Shown here piece by piece: positions 1 to 9,279 of a stretch of DNA of 64,000 nucleotides. Both the position numbers and the translations under genes were made by a program. This stretch comes from Bdellovibrionales bacterium (GTDB taxonomy: Bacteria; Bdellovibrionota; Bdellovibrionia; Bdellovibrionales; JAUICD01), in NCBI GenBank assembly GCA_965262715.1, contig OZ253553.1:2688001-2752000 (forward strand), written 5' to 3'. Under the pieces are notes generated by a model that was not told the DNA's origin, ran no database searches, and worked only from the letters and a program-made list of their open reading frames with translations. The stretch's first letter is position 1. The number at the start of each line of letters is the position of its first letter.

Positions 1-365
1 ATAGAATAAAAGATGCATCTCCTGGCTTGTTTTTTTGGCATGATATATTTCATATATTAAAGGAGGATGTTAATGATTCACCAGAATTTCTTTCTCGGTT
101 TCAGCAAAAGTTAGTAGGTCTTCCAAGATATCAAAGGAAGTTAGTTGAGAGTATTTACCTTCAATTGACTTATGAATTAAGGCTCTCTCTTAAGGAAGGC
201 GAAGAAACATTTATTATAAAAGGCAGGCGATTTCCAATAATAAGGCCACCATCAAACTTTTTATTGAGGTTGGTTTTATTGGTAAAGGATGCCTATGGAC
301 TTGAACAATTCTGGAGGCTCATTTCAGAGGTCAGTCAAGAACTTGCGTTATCTGATAACAAATAA
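1..365 (+). CDS. 3' part of a hypothetical protein, paralog of the 2457..3860 protein (truncated by window edge)
   Basis: Frame is open to the window start. FQQKLVGLPRYQRKLVESIYLQLTY aligns by eye with FQSMLAGLTPLQRENVEIAYFGATY of 2457..3860. Confidence 0.65.
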   Translation, partial: RIKDASPGLFFWHDIFHILKEDVNDSPEFLSRFQQKLVGLPRYQRKLVESIYLQLTYELRLSLKEGEETFIIKGRRFPIIRPPSNFLLRLVLLVKDAYGLEQFWRLISEVSQELALSDNK

Positions 366-476
366 ACTCTTTTAAGTAAGAGAGGTAAAGACAAGCTTAA
401 AATAAATTAAATCACACACAATTAAATCTGTTAAGCTATCATTATGAGAGATCATATTTTACAAAAAAATACATCT

Positions 477-614
477 AATATTGTATTAAACTACAAATAT
501 TTACTATAATATTTGTAGAAAACTACATTTTTTATCAAGATGAGTCGTTTTTTACAAAAAAAATATAAAATATTGTATTTAACTACAAATATTTAGTATA
601 ATATTTGTAGAAAA
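477..614 (+). promoter_or_regulatory. Duplicated sigma70-like promoter, each copy overlapped by a perfect palindrome CTACAAATAT-N8-ATATTTGTAG
   Basis: TTGTAT-N18-TATAAT occurs twice. Palindromes at 491-518 and 583-610, upstream of the Fic gene. Confidence 0.6.
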
Positions 615-658
615 TAATGGTTTATTGATAACATATTAAATAAAGAGGTTAAGCTAAA

Positions 659-1894
659 ATGTCTAAGGATGACTTTCATTTTTTAAACAGTCAGGTCTGG
701 TTAAAGTACACTCAAGAAAGATATTTGCCTCTGGATGAGATCAAATATCGTTTGGAAGGTCTTGGTATTCAAAAAGATAGTTGGCATGAAATCAGACAGC
801 AAGTTCTAAGCTTTAGAAAAGTGGGAGCTGTTATTTTTAATTTGGATAGTATAGGTAAAACATTTTGGTATTATCCTGCGGATTGTATTTACAAGAAACT
901 TTATCAAATTGAAAAGCTTGGTATTTCTCTATTCTATCAAATAGAAAATTATAGTGCTTTTAAAAATGAGTTTATAAATTATTCATTAACGGAAGAATCT
1001 GTGACCTCTTCTATTTATGAGGGAGCTAATAGCACAAGGGCAAAAGCCAAGGAGCTTATTGCCATAGGTCATCGGGCAAAAAATAAAGATGAGCAGATGT
1101 TAATTAATAATTATAAAGCTATGCAATGGGTTAAAAAAAATTTCAGTCTTCCAATATCAAATAGTCTTATTTTAAGGATACATAAAATTATAACAGATAA
1201 AACTTTAGAGAAAAACTGTGGTCAATTCCGTGATGATGTTGTTTATGTAGGAAAACATGAAGGGGTATTATATAGTAAAATAACAAAAACTTTAGAAGAG
1301 ATCACTTATTTAATAACGAATCATCCAAGATTTCTAAATGGTTTAGATAAATTAATGCAGAGCATATTTTTTCATTATTTTATTGCTTATGTTCATCCAT
1401 TTTTTGACGGTAATGGCAGGACTGCAAGAACTTTGTTTTACTTAAGTGCAATGAAAAACAATCTTAAATTTGTGGAGTTGCTTTCTATTTCTGCAAATTT
1501 AAAGCATGGTTCGAAATATGAACGGTCCTTTGACTTAGTAAAGAAATATGAATTTGATTTAACATATTTCATTGATTTTTGTTTGGATTCATTGATTTTC
1601 GCACTTAATCATACACATCAGCGTGTAAATTATCTTAAAAATATTTCAAGGCTTATTGATATTATAAGAGTTAACAATCATCAAATATTTTTATTACAAA
1701 AAATGACTTTAAACAAATACAAACCGATCACTATTGAGGAATATGCAGAAAGTATAAATAAGTCAAGAGAGCTTGCCAGAAAGGATTTGAAAGATTTAGT
1801 AAAAAAGAAATTGTTAAGTGAATGTAAAAAAGGCAAAAAGTATGTTTATTATATTGAAAACAAAGTATTAAGTCAGAAGCTAAAAATGCTCTAA
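659..1894 (+). CDS. Fic family protein with C-terminal winged helix-turn-helix
   Basis: Canonical Fic motif HPFFDGNGRTAR, inhibitory-helix-like SSIYEG, C-terminal ELARKDLKDLVKKKLL. RBS AGAGG. Confidence 0.9.
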   Translation: MSKDDFHFLNSQVWLKYTQERYLPLDEIKYRLEGLGIQKDSWHEIRQQVLSFRKVGAVIFNLDSIGKTFWYYPADCIYKKLYQIEKLGISLFYQIENYSAFKNEFINYSLTEESVTSSIYEGANSTRAKAKELIAIGHRAKNKDEQMLINNYKAMQWVKKNFSLPISNSLILRIHKIITDKTLEKNCGQFRDDVVYVGKHEGVLYSKITKTLEEITYLITNHPRFLNGLDKLMQSIFFHYFIAYVHPFFDGNGRTARTLFYLSAMKNNLKFVELLSISANLKHGSKYERSFDLVKKYEFDLTYFIDFCLDSLIFALNHTHQRVNYLKNISRLIDIIRVNNHQIFLLQKMTLNKYKPITIEEYAESINKSRELARKDLKDLVKKKLLSECKKGKKYVYYIENKVLSQKLKML

Positions 1895-2031
1895 GATTTC
1901 TTATTAATCATCCATGTAAAAGTTATATAATCTCAATATCTATAGGATTTGAGTTGGTAACTTCATCAAATATTTTTTATTCATTAACTTGTATTCCAAT
2001 GCTAAGAGCAATTTATGCGAGTAGGCACTTC

Positions 2032-2073
2032 TCACAGGTGAGCCAAGAACTTGCCTTATCTGATAATAAATAA
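2032..2073 (+). repeat. 42-bp diverged copy of the 3' end of the 1..365 gene (324-365)
   Basis: Encodes SQVSQELALSDNK* versus SEVSQELALSDNK*. Differences are mostly synonymous third positions. Confidence 0.75.
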
Positions 2074-2240
2074 GCTTTTTTAAAAAATAAAAAAGTAAGC
2101 TGATTACATTTTTTGTAATCTTTTATTTTCATGCATGTAAAATTTACATAGTCTCAATATTTTATTGTATTTAATTATTCATACTGAACAGTAATTGTTT
2201 TAAGTGAATAATATCTGTCTATTCAGCGCACTGAAATATA

Positions 2241-2390
2241 CGATTTCCTTAACATGATGTTAAACAATGAGGGGAGTCTCCTTAGTAAAATGCCTCATAC
2301 TTTCTAGGCATTGCCTTATTTGCCAAACGACGTGAGCCAGTTTGGAGGCAATGCCAGAAAGTCGCCAGAGGCGAGATGCATTTTAGTGAA
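2241..2390 (+). repeat. Structured dispersed repeat family 1, single unit
   Basis: Starts CGATTTCCTTAACAT and ends TTTTAGTGAA. Stems GGCATTGCCT/AGGCAATGCC, CCAAAC/GTTTGG and CGCC-AGA-GGCG. Confidence 0.85.
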
Positions 2391-2456
2391 TTAGTCATTG
2401 ACTTATATTTAAAATTATCATATATAAATATCTTCATGAATAATATGGGAAACATT

Positions 2457-3860
2457 ATGTCTAGAGGTTATTTATTATTATTTTGTGCTTTTATATCCAA
2501 GACTGCAATTGTACATGGAGCATCTGATAACCTTGCAATACCGGAAATGACTGAACTCTCGAAGAGCGATTTAGAAGGAATGACAGCGGCAGGTTTATTT
2601 TGTGTTGATGCTCTTATGAATACAAAGAAAGTTAGATCAAATGAGTACTCAAATGAAACAGAGCAGAGCTTAAAAGATCGGGGGTACAATGAGAGGCTTA
2701 TTGAAGGGCTTGATCACGTGAATGCAAATTTAAGACTGGCTCAGTCTTTAAGAGATAGGTGGCGTGATGAATCCATTGACCTCAATACTTTACATATACC
2801 GGCATTTGCTGATCAAATTGATCTACATGTAAAGTTTATTGAAGGAATTATTAGATCTCAAAGCTCTAATGATAAAGTTGAGAGGTTAGAGTTATTAGAA
2901 GAACTTAAAGCTGAGGCACAGCATCGTAAAAGTTCAGAGAGTGTGACTTATCGATATTTCTTTAGTCTTAACTTACGTCTTTCTATTCTTGCAACTCCTG
3001 CAGGGGAAAGATATAAGAAGGCGGCTTATGAGCCTAGGTTTGATAATTCCGAACATTTTCAAAAATGGATGAGAGATACTAGTGGATTTCGAAAATGGAT
3101 AATCGATGATAGTGAATTAGAATCTGATTATGCGATAATTCAAGGAATAAATAATAGATATGTAGATTTTAATAGTCAAGATCAGGGTGAAGTTCTTGAT
3201 GCTATTCGTAAAGGAGTTGCACGTTTAACACCTTATGAACGTAGTAAAGTTGAAAGATTTTTATATTTGATAAACGTAATGTTTGACGACACTGAGTATG
3301 AGGCTTTTAAATTTGTAAATTTATTACATGATTTTCCAAGAAGGATTATGATACCGACAATATATGATTTAGGTATTATGTCTATAAATAGGACTTATGG
3401 AACAGGTGTGCATCTTATTGGCTTAAGTAAGAAATCATATGGAAGTTACTTTAGTGGAGATTTCAATTATGTATTTTTTCTTAGGAATATAAATGAGAGT
3501 ATAATGATGGATATAGATAATTCACAGATGGTTACACATTTTCAAAGTATGTTAGCAGGTCTTACACCACTCCAAAGGGAAAATGTTGAGATCGCTTATT
3601 TTGGTGCAACCTATCTATCTGAAAGATCGTTAGAAGATTTTCCTATAGACTTTTCACTTGTTGAGTATGAGATTTTAAAAATGTATGGACATAAAGTAAA
3701 TGAGCAGATGCTTGATGAAGGCGAACGTATTTTTATTTATCTTCTTATAAGCTCATGGATAAAAGAAAGAGGTATGGTCAAAACGATTGTATTAGTAAAT
3801 GAGTATCTTGATGAACATCCAGAATTAAAGGAGGAGATTTTAGAGATATTAAATGAATAA
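2457..3860 (+). CDS. Secreted hypothetical protein (signal peptide)
   Basis: Long ORF. The likely start is MSRGYLLLFCAFISKTAIVHG; the 2376 ATG is donated by the repeat end. Confidence 0.7.
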   Translation: MSRGYLLLFCAFISKTAIVHGASDNLAIPEMTELSKSDLEGMTAAGLFCVDALMNTKKVRSNEYSNETEQSLKDRGYNERLIEGLDHVNANLRLAQSLRDRWRDESIDLNTLHIPAFADQIDLHVKFIEGIIRSQSSNDKVERLELLEELKAEAQHRKSSESVTYRYFFSLNLRLSILATPAGERYKKAAYEPRFDNSEHFQKWMRDTSGFRKWIIDDSELESDYAIIQGINNRYVDFNSQDQGEVLDAIRKGVARLTPYERSKVERFLYLINVMFDDTEYEAFKFVNLLHDFPRRIMIPTIYDLGIMSINRTYGTGVHLIGLSKKSYGSYFSGDFNYVFFLRNINESIMMDIDNSQMVTHFQSMLAGLTPLQRENVEIAYFGATYLSERSLEDFPIDFSLVEYEILKMYGHKVNEQMLDEGERIFIYLLISSWIKERGMVKTIVLVNEYLDEHPELKEEILEILNE

Positions 3861-4058
3861 TCCAATATCCAATAATTGATAAAGGTGAGAGGAATTAGAT
3901 AAGAGATTATTTGCTGGTCAAGTTTTTTTGGAAATGAATACTATACAATAATTTTTTCAAATGAAGTGTCGACTTTATTTATAGACATCTTGTTGAACTT
4001 ATTGACTTATAGCAGCTATCATATTTAGATGCTCTCATAAGTAATGAGGAAAAATATT

Positions 4059-4319
4059 ATGTTTAAAGCTTATTTATTATTATTTTGTGGGCTTTTAATA
4101 AGTGCAAAAGTTGTAGCGACTGAACATGAAATTAAAATGGATAACTTAAATCTTTGTGCAACAAAGCCTATAAGAGTTAAAAAAATTGAAAGATATAATC
4201 ATATTATCAAATTGCTTGAAGAGGCTGGTGCAATACATGAGGAAGAAGTTGATGCAGTACATGAAGCAACAGATACTAATACAGTATTCGGCTATTTTAG
4301 GAGCCTGTTTCGACCATAA
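4059..4319 (+). CDS. Small secreted protein, possibly an internally deleted ankyrin-repeat protein
   Basis: Signal peptide MFKAYLLLFCGLLISAK, similar to that of 2457. YNHIIKLLEEAGA resembles a terminal ankyrin helix. Confidence 0.45.
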   Translation: MFKAYLLLFCGLLISAKVVATEHEIKMDNLNLCATKPIRVKKIERYNHIIKLLEEAGAIHEEEVDAVHEATDTNTVFGYFRSLFRP

Positions 4320-4383
4320 AATTTCCTCTTAATTTTTAAAAACAAAATACTTTCAATAGATCAAAAAAGCTAATGCTGTTCAA

Positions 4384-5538
4384 ATGAATTTAAAGAATCT
4401 AGATTTTGAAACAAGAGCTATTTATGCTGACCAACTTCCAGATGAACTCACTGGAGCTGTGATTACTCCTATAACACTTTCTACCACATTTGTTCAAGAC
4501 TCTCCTGGGGAGCATAGAGGTTATGAATACTCACGTAGCGGTAATCCTACACGTATGATCTATGAAAGGCATTTAGCTAATTTAGAGTCAGGAAGCTATG
4601 GTTTTGCCTTTTCATCAGGATCTGCTGCTCTTACAACTCTACTCCATCTTTTTAAAACAGGTGATCATATTATCTCTATGAATAATATTTATAGTGGCTC
4701 AGTTTGTTTAATCAATCAATTTATAAAAAGTCAGGGGATTAAGGTTGACTTTGTAGATCTATCAGATATTCATCAATTTGAAGATGCTATTTGTGAAAAC
4801 ACAAAATGTGTTTGGGTAGAGACTCCGACAAACCCTACATTAAAGCTTATTGATATAGGAAAAATATCTCAAATAGCTAGAAAGAAAAATATCTTAGTAG
4901 CTGTTGATAACACTTTTATGAGCCCTTTTTTTCAAAGGCCACTTTTATTAGGTGCAGATGTCAGTTGTCATTCAACGACTAAATATATTGGTGGCCATAG
5001 TGATGTAGTTGGTGGTTTTATGGCTGTGAAAAATAAGGAATTGGCTGAAAAATTGTACTTTTTACAAAACTCTCTTGGAGCTATTGCATCGCCTTTTGAT
5101 AGCTTTATGTGTTTACGATCTCTTAAAACTCTAGGTATTCGAATGAAAGCGCATGCTTTCAATGCACAGAAGATAGCTCATTTTTTAGAAGATCATGCTA
5201 AGATAGAGAAAGTTATTTATCCTGGATTAAAAAGTCATCCACAACACAGTTTAGCTCAAAAACAGATGTATGGTTTTGGAGGAATGTTGAGTTTTTACCT
5301 TAAAGGAGGACTTAAAGAAGTTAGAACTTTTTTAAGAAAATTACAAATATTTAACTTAGCAGTGAGTTTAGGAGGCACAGAATCTTTGATAGCGCATCCT
5401 GCAATTATGACACATGAGTACCTCTCAGAAAAAAAGCGTCAGAACTTTGAGATCACTGATAATTTTATTCGAGTGAGCGTTGGTATTGAAAACTTCCAAG
5501 ATCTTATTAACGATTTAGATCAAGCTCTCACCTTTTAA
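4384..5538 (+). CDS. Cystathionine gamma-synthase/gamma-lyase (Cys/Met metabolism PLP enzyme)
   Basis: YSRSGNPTR, ETPTNP, DNTF, HSTTKYIGGHSD (PLP lysine), RVSVGIE. Confidence 0.93.
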   Translation: MNLKNLDFETRAIYADQLPDELTGAVITPITLSTTFVQDSPGEHRGYEYSRSGNPTRMIYERHLANLESGSYGFAFSSGSAALTTLLHLFKTGDHIISMNNIYSGSVCLINQFIKSQGIKVDFVDLSDIHQFEDAICENTKCVWVETPTNPTLKLIDIGKISQIARKKNILVAVDNTFMSPFFQRPLLLGADVSCHSTTKYIGGHSDVVGGFMAVKNKELAEKLYFLQNSLGAIASPFDSFMCLRSLKTLGIRMKAHAFNAQKIAHFLEDHAKIEKVIYPGLKSHPQHSLAQKQMYGFGGMLSFYLKGGLKEVRTFLRKLQIFNLAVSLGGTESLIAHPAIMTHEYLSEKKRQNFEITDNFIRVSVGIENFQDLINDLDQALTF

Positions 5539-5797
5539 CATGATGTAAAAAAGCAAAGAATATCTCCCTACTCAAAATGAACAAATTTTCTAGGCAATTA
5601 CCATTTTACTGATGGTGTGAACCATCAGGCTGACTATGGTACATAACAACGATTTCCTTAACATAGTGTTAAGGAATGAGGAAGTCCTCCTTAGTAAAAA
5701 TGCCTCAAGCTTTCTAGGTAGTAAGCTTTTTACGACGACGAGAGTCGTCGAGCTTACTGCCAGAAAGTTGCTAGAAGCAAGAGATATTTTGAGTGAA
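5531..5797 (+). repeat. Structured repeat family 1, composite (partial outer unit plus full inner unit)
   Basis: Hairpins CTGATGG/CCATCAG, TTCCTTAACA-TAG-TGTTAAGGAA, GGTAGTAAGCT/AGCTTACTGCC and CGACGAC-GAGA-GTCGTCG. Its left end supplies the TAA stop of the upstream gene. Confidence 0.85.
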
Positions 5798-5942
5798 AGA
5801 TCGAAATTAATAAGCTTTCTTAAACGTTGAGATATATATGACAATATTTATATGTACGATAATAGAAGCAAAAAGTCATTTTCTTACTATAAAGCTAAAC
5901 CTTAACCTACTGCGAAGATTTGAGTACTTGTTAGAAAATTGG

Positions 5943-6208
5943 TTCCTTAACATGATGTAAAAAGCAAAGACTATCTTCTTACTCAAAAGGAACAAACTTT
6001 CTAGGCAATGACCATTTTACTGATGGTGTGAACCATCAGGCTGACTATGGTAAATAACAACGATTTCCTTAACATAGTGTTAAGGAATGAGGAAGTCCTC
6101 CTTAGTAAAAATGCCTCAAGCTTTCTAGGTAGTAAGCTTTTTACGACGACGAGAGTCGTCGAGCTTACTGCCAGAAAGTTGCTAGAAGCAAGAGGCATTT
6201 TGAGTGAA
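5943..6208 (+). repeat. Structured repeat family 1, composite; near-identical tandem copy of 5531-5797
   Basis: Direct sequence identity at a ~411-bp offset, including about 25 bp of 3' flank. Confidence 0.85.
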
Positions 6209-6520
6209 AGATCGAAATTGATAAGCCTTCTTAGACCTAAAGAGGTTATAGATCTACTTATAAATCAAGAGAATGCTGACATTTTAGGAAGATACATGCT
6301 TCAAGGTACAAATTACTCAAAAGAGGAATTTATAGAGATTGAAAATGAGATTATTAGAAGTAAGGAGGACCAAGTAATGAAAAGCACTTATGATCGATTG
6401 ATTGATGAAGGAATAGAAAAGGGAATGGAAAAGGTGGCTTTGCGGATGTTAGAGCAAAATATGGAACTGAAATTTATTGCCAAAATAACAAATCTTTCAA
6501 TCCAACAACTTAAAAAATAG
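6209..6520 (+). pseudogene. C-terminal fragment of an Rpn/YhgA-like protein, containing an intact small ORF 6377..6520 (RpnS-like)
   Basis: MKSTYDRLIDEGIEKGMEKVALRMLEQNMELKFIAKITNLS is a typical Rpn C-terminus. Strong SD TAAGGAGG at 6361 precedes the in-frame ATG 6377. Confidence 0.75.
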
Positions 6521-6804
6521 ATTCTAAAAAAAGAAAGCTGGGAGCATAGCGGGTTTTTGTTTTGCATTCAGACATGTAAAGGTTATATCTTACTTTAAGC
6601 ATTTCTTAGTATATTCAATATTGATTCAAATTGATACAAGATAAAAATAAAAAAGATTTTTTATTTTGATTTTCAAAAAATACATGTACAATAAAGAACA
6701 TCAAGTCTTGATTTTTTATCATAAGAATTTTCCATTAAAAACTAGTCAAAATGTTTTAAATCCAAAAAAAACTAAAGTACAGTCAACAAAAAGGAATTTA
6801 TTTT

Positions 6805-7348
6805 ATGAGCAGTAATAGTATCTTTGATCAATTCACCCATCAATACCCTGTGACCAAAACTCTAAGGTTTGCCCTCAAGCCCATTGGTAAAACAGAAGAG
6901 AACATAAAGAAAAAAGGGTTACTTAAAAAAGATGAAGATTTATCTAAAAAGTATAAACAGGCCAAAAAAATTATTGATGAATATCATAAGAATTATATAA
7001 ATGAAAAACTTAAAAGCTTTTCTTTTAAAATAGAAGACCTACAAGAATTTTCTGACATATATCATAACCTTAAAGAAAATAAAAATGATGATAAACTGCA
7101 AGAAAATTTTAAAACACAACAAAGCAAATTACGTAAAATTTTAGCAGATCAATTTAAAAATAAAAGATAGTTCTATGCCTCAGAATGCAGATGCCAATGG
7201 AGCTTATCACATTGCTTTAAAGGGTCAGTTGATACTTAAACAATTCTCAGAAAATAAAGATACGAAAAGCTTTAAACTAAATTTAAGTAATAAAGCATGG
7301 TATGAGTTTATCCAAAATAAAAAAAATATATCCCGTTGTAAATACTAA
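6805..7348 (+). pseudogene. cas12a: Cas12a (Cpf1) remnant: N-terminal 121 aa joined out of frame to the last ~60 aa
   Basis: 6805..7170 SIFDQFTHQYPVTKTLRFALKPIGKT...YKQAKKIIDEYHK is the Cas12a N-terminus. 7175..7348 MPQNADANGAYHIALKG...LSNKAWYEFIQN is the Cas12a RuvC-III/C-terminus. Confidence 0.9.
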
Positions 7349-7594
7349 TACTATAGAAAATCGAGATATCAAAACAAAAAGCTCAGACAAAACTCAAGTT
7401 GCATGAAATATAAGCTTTGAATTTTAAAATGATATAACTTTTAAAAAGTATGTATATAACCAAACATATTGTACTTGCTATTTGAATTTACGAAACATGA
7501 AGATAAAGGTTTGGATATCAAAAATTTTGGATAAATCTGTTGATTCTTTAGTTAAAAATTGACATAAAAAAAGACTCTCAGTAAACAAGAAGTT

Positions 7595-7928
7595 ATGAAA
7601 AACGATGAAGTGCTAATTGAGCGTATTCGATCCATTCTTTCAAGGCGGAAGGGATTGTTCTCTGAAAAAAGAATGTTTGGTAGTGTTTGTTTTATGCTCA
7701 ATGGCAATATATGTGTTGGCACTTGGAGGAAAGGATCGCTAGAAACACGATGAGATACTTGCAGAACCACACACCAAGCCTGCTAACATGAGTGGTCGAA
7801 TAGTGAAAGGATGGGTGCTTGTAGATCCAGAGGGTATCGAAGATATGACAGTATGGATCAACAGGGCTATCAAATTCACTAACAGCCTTCCTTCTAAATG
7901 GTCCACTTCAGAACCGTTAAACAAATAA
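7595..7928 (+). pseudogene. TfoX/Sxy N-terminal domain protein, frameshifted
   Basis: ERIRSILS...EKRMFGSVCFMLNGNICVG, then a frame change near 7740 to HDEILAEPHTKP...GRIVKGWVLVDPEG...WINRAIKFTNSLPSK. Confidence 0.7.
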
Positions 7929-8019
7929 CCACAATTAAGAAAGATGACTACAAAACATAAGTTTTTCCTAGAGCAAAGACTTTTTTCAATACATTTGATA
8001 AAATTTGTATACACCATAA

Positions 8020-8048
8020 TGAGGTATAAAAAAGCTGTTTATTCCTCA
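8020..8048. promoter_or_regulatory. Inverted repeat upstream of the second Fic gene (putative operator)
   Basis: TGAGGTATAAA-N7-TTTATTCCTCA, one mismatch. Confidence 0.4.
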
Positions 8049-8062
8049 AAAATAGGCTATAA

Positions 8063-9256
8063 TTGAGTTATAACTTAGAAAAAAGAGATATCTTAGATAA
8101 GGAAATAGACTCAATGATGCCTTTAAAAAAGAAGATATGGAATTGGCAGAAAGATGAGTGGCCAAACTTTATTTACCAATCCAAAGACTTAGAAGATTTA
8201 GAGCAAACATTCTTACACAATTCAGGTGTGCTTTTTGGCATCTTTAAACATTTAAATGATCAAGATCAATTAAAGGTAGAAATCATTAGCCAAGAAGCTT
8301 TAGAAACATCTGAGATTGAAGGGGAATACCTTGATCGAGAAAGCCTGCAATCTTCTATAGCTCGTCATTTTGGATTAAAAATAACTCAAAAGAAAGTTTC
8401 CTCTCCAGAACGTGGAATCTCTGATCTCTTAATAGATCTTTACAAAAGTTATGATAAAGAATTAAGGCATGAAACCTTATGCCGTTGGCATTACAAGTTA
8501 ATGGGTCATCGTAATGATTTAAGAAATATTGGCTGCTATCGGACTGGGAAAGAGGCAATGCAAGTGATCTCTGGTCCTATACATGCTCCTTATGTTCATT
8601 TTGAAGCACCACCTTTTAAAAGAGTCAAAAAAGAAATGGACAGTTTTATCAACTGGTTCAATATAACAGCTCCAAAAGGCAAATCATCTTTATCTACACT
8701 TGCTCGCTGTGGAATAGCTCATCTTTATTTTGAATGTATTCATCCTTTTGAAGATGGCAATGGGCGAATTGGTCGAGCTTTATCTGAAAAAGTCTTAGCA
8801 CAGAGTTTAGGCAAACCAACTTTAATTGCATTAGCAACTATCCTAAATCAAGATAAAAAAGCTTATTACAAGGCCTTAGAGCAAGCTAGTCAAAAAAATG
8901 AAATCACTGATTGGCTTTGTTATTTTGCAAAAAAGATATTACAAGCACTTTGTTACACACAGTCCCTTATGGAGTTTCTCATTGCAAAAGCAAAGCTATT
9001 TGAACATTTGCAGAGTTGCCTCAATCCAAGACAGGAAAAATGTTTATTGAAAATGTTTCAAGCAGGGCCAAATGGATTTACTGGAGGTTTGAGTGCAGAA
9101 AATTATATCAGAATAACTAAAGCCACACGTGCCACAGCAACCCGCGACTTAAATGATCTTGTTGTCAAAGGTGCTCTCAATAAAACAGGAGAACGTAAAT
9201 CAACACGTTATACCCTTAATATAAAAGCAACTGGGCCTACAAAGTCCACAAGCTAA
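8063..9256 (+). CDS. Fic family protein (DUF4172 N-terminus, C-terminal HTH); start may be ~8114
   Basis: WNWQKDEWPNF, TSEIEGE, HPFEDGNGRIGR, ATATRDLNDLV. Confidence 0.92.
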   Translation: MSYNLEKRDILDKEIDSMMPLKKKIWNWQKDEWPNFIYQSKDLEDLEQTFLHNSGVLFGIFKHLNDQDQLKVEIISQEALETSEIEGEYLDRESLQSSIARHFGLKITQKKVSSPERGISDLLIDLYKSYDKELRHETLCRWHYKLMGHRNDLRNIGCYRTGKEAMQVISGPIHAPYVHFEAPPFKRVKKEMDSFINWFNITAPKGKSSLSTLARCGIAHLYFECIHPFEDGNGRIGRALSEKVLAQSLGKPTLIALATILNQDKKAYYKALEQASQKNEITDWLCYFAKKILQALCYTQSLMEFLIAKAKLFEHLQSCLNPRQEKCLLKMFQAGPNGFTGGLSAENYIRITKATRATATRDLNDLVVKGALNKTGERKSTRYTLNIKATGPTKSTS

Positions 9257-9279
9257 TCATTAAAAGATAAATACCTTCT

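Noticed and set aside
491..610. CTAC...GTAG palindromes as Cas12a direct repeats
   Set aside because: Only two copies, wrong stem-loop geometry, 6 kb from cas12a, and they overlap a promoter consensus.
5605..5640. Hammerhead ribozyme at CTGATG/CTGACG motifs in the repeats
   Set aside because: These bases sit in perfect hairpin stems, vary between copies, and lack the CUGANGA...GAAA core arrangement.
5590..6198. ORFs 5590..5844, 5636..5830 and 6001..6198 (also 44683..44910 and 28368..28565) as genes
   Set aside because: They are translations of the family-1 repeat or the microsatellite.
7150..7180. Programmed frameshift giving a functional mini-Cas12a
   Set aside because: RuvC-I/II, most of REC, PI and the crRNA-processing region are absent, so a fused product could not be an active nuclease.
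6521..7594. CRISPR array or leader beside the cas12a remnant
   Set aside because: No repeated 28-37-bp unit and no AATTTCTACT...GTAGAT stem was found on either strand.
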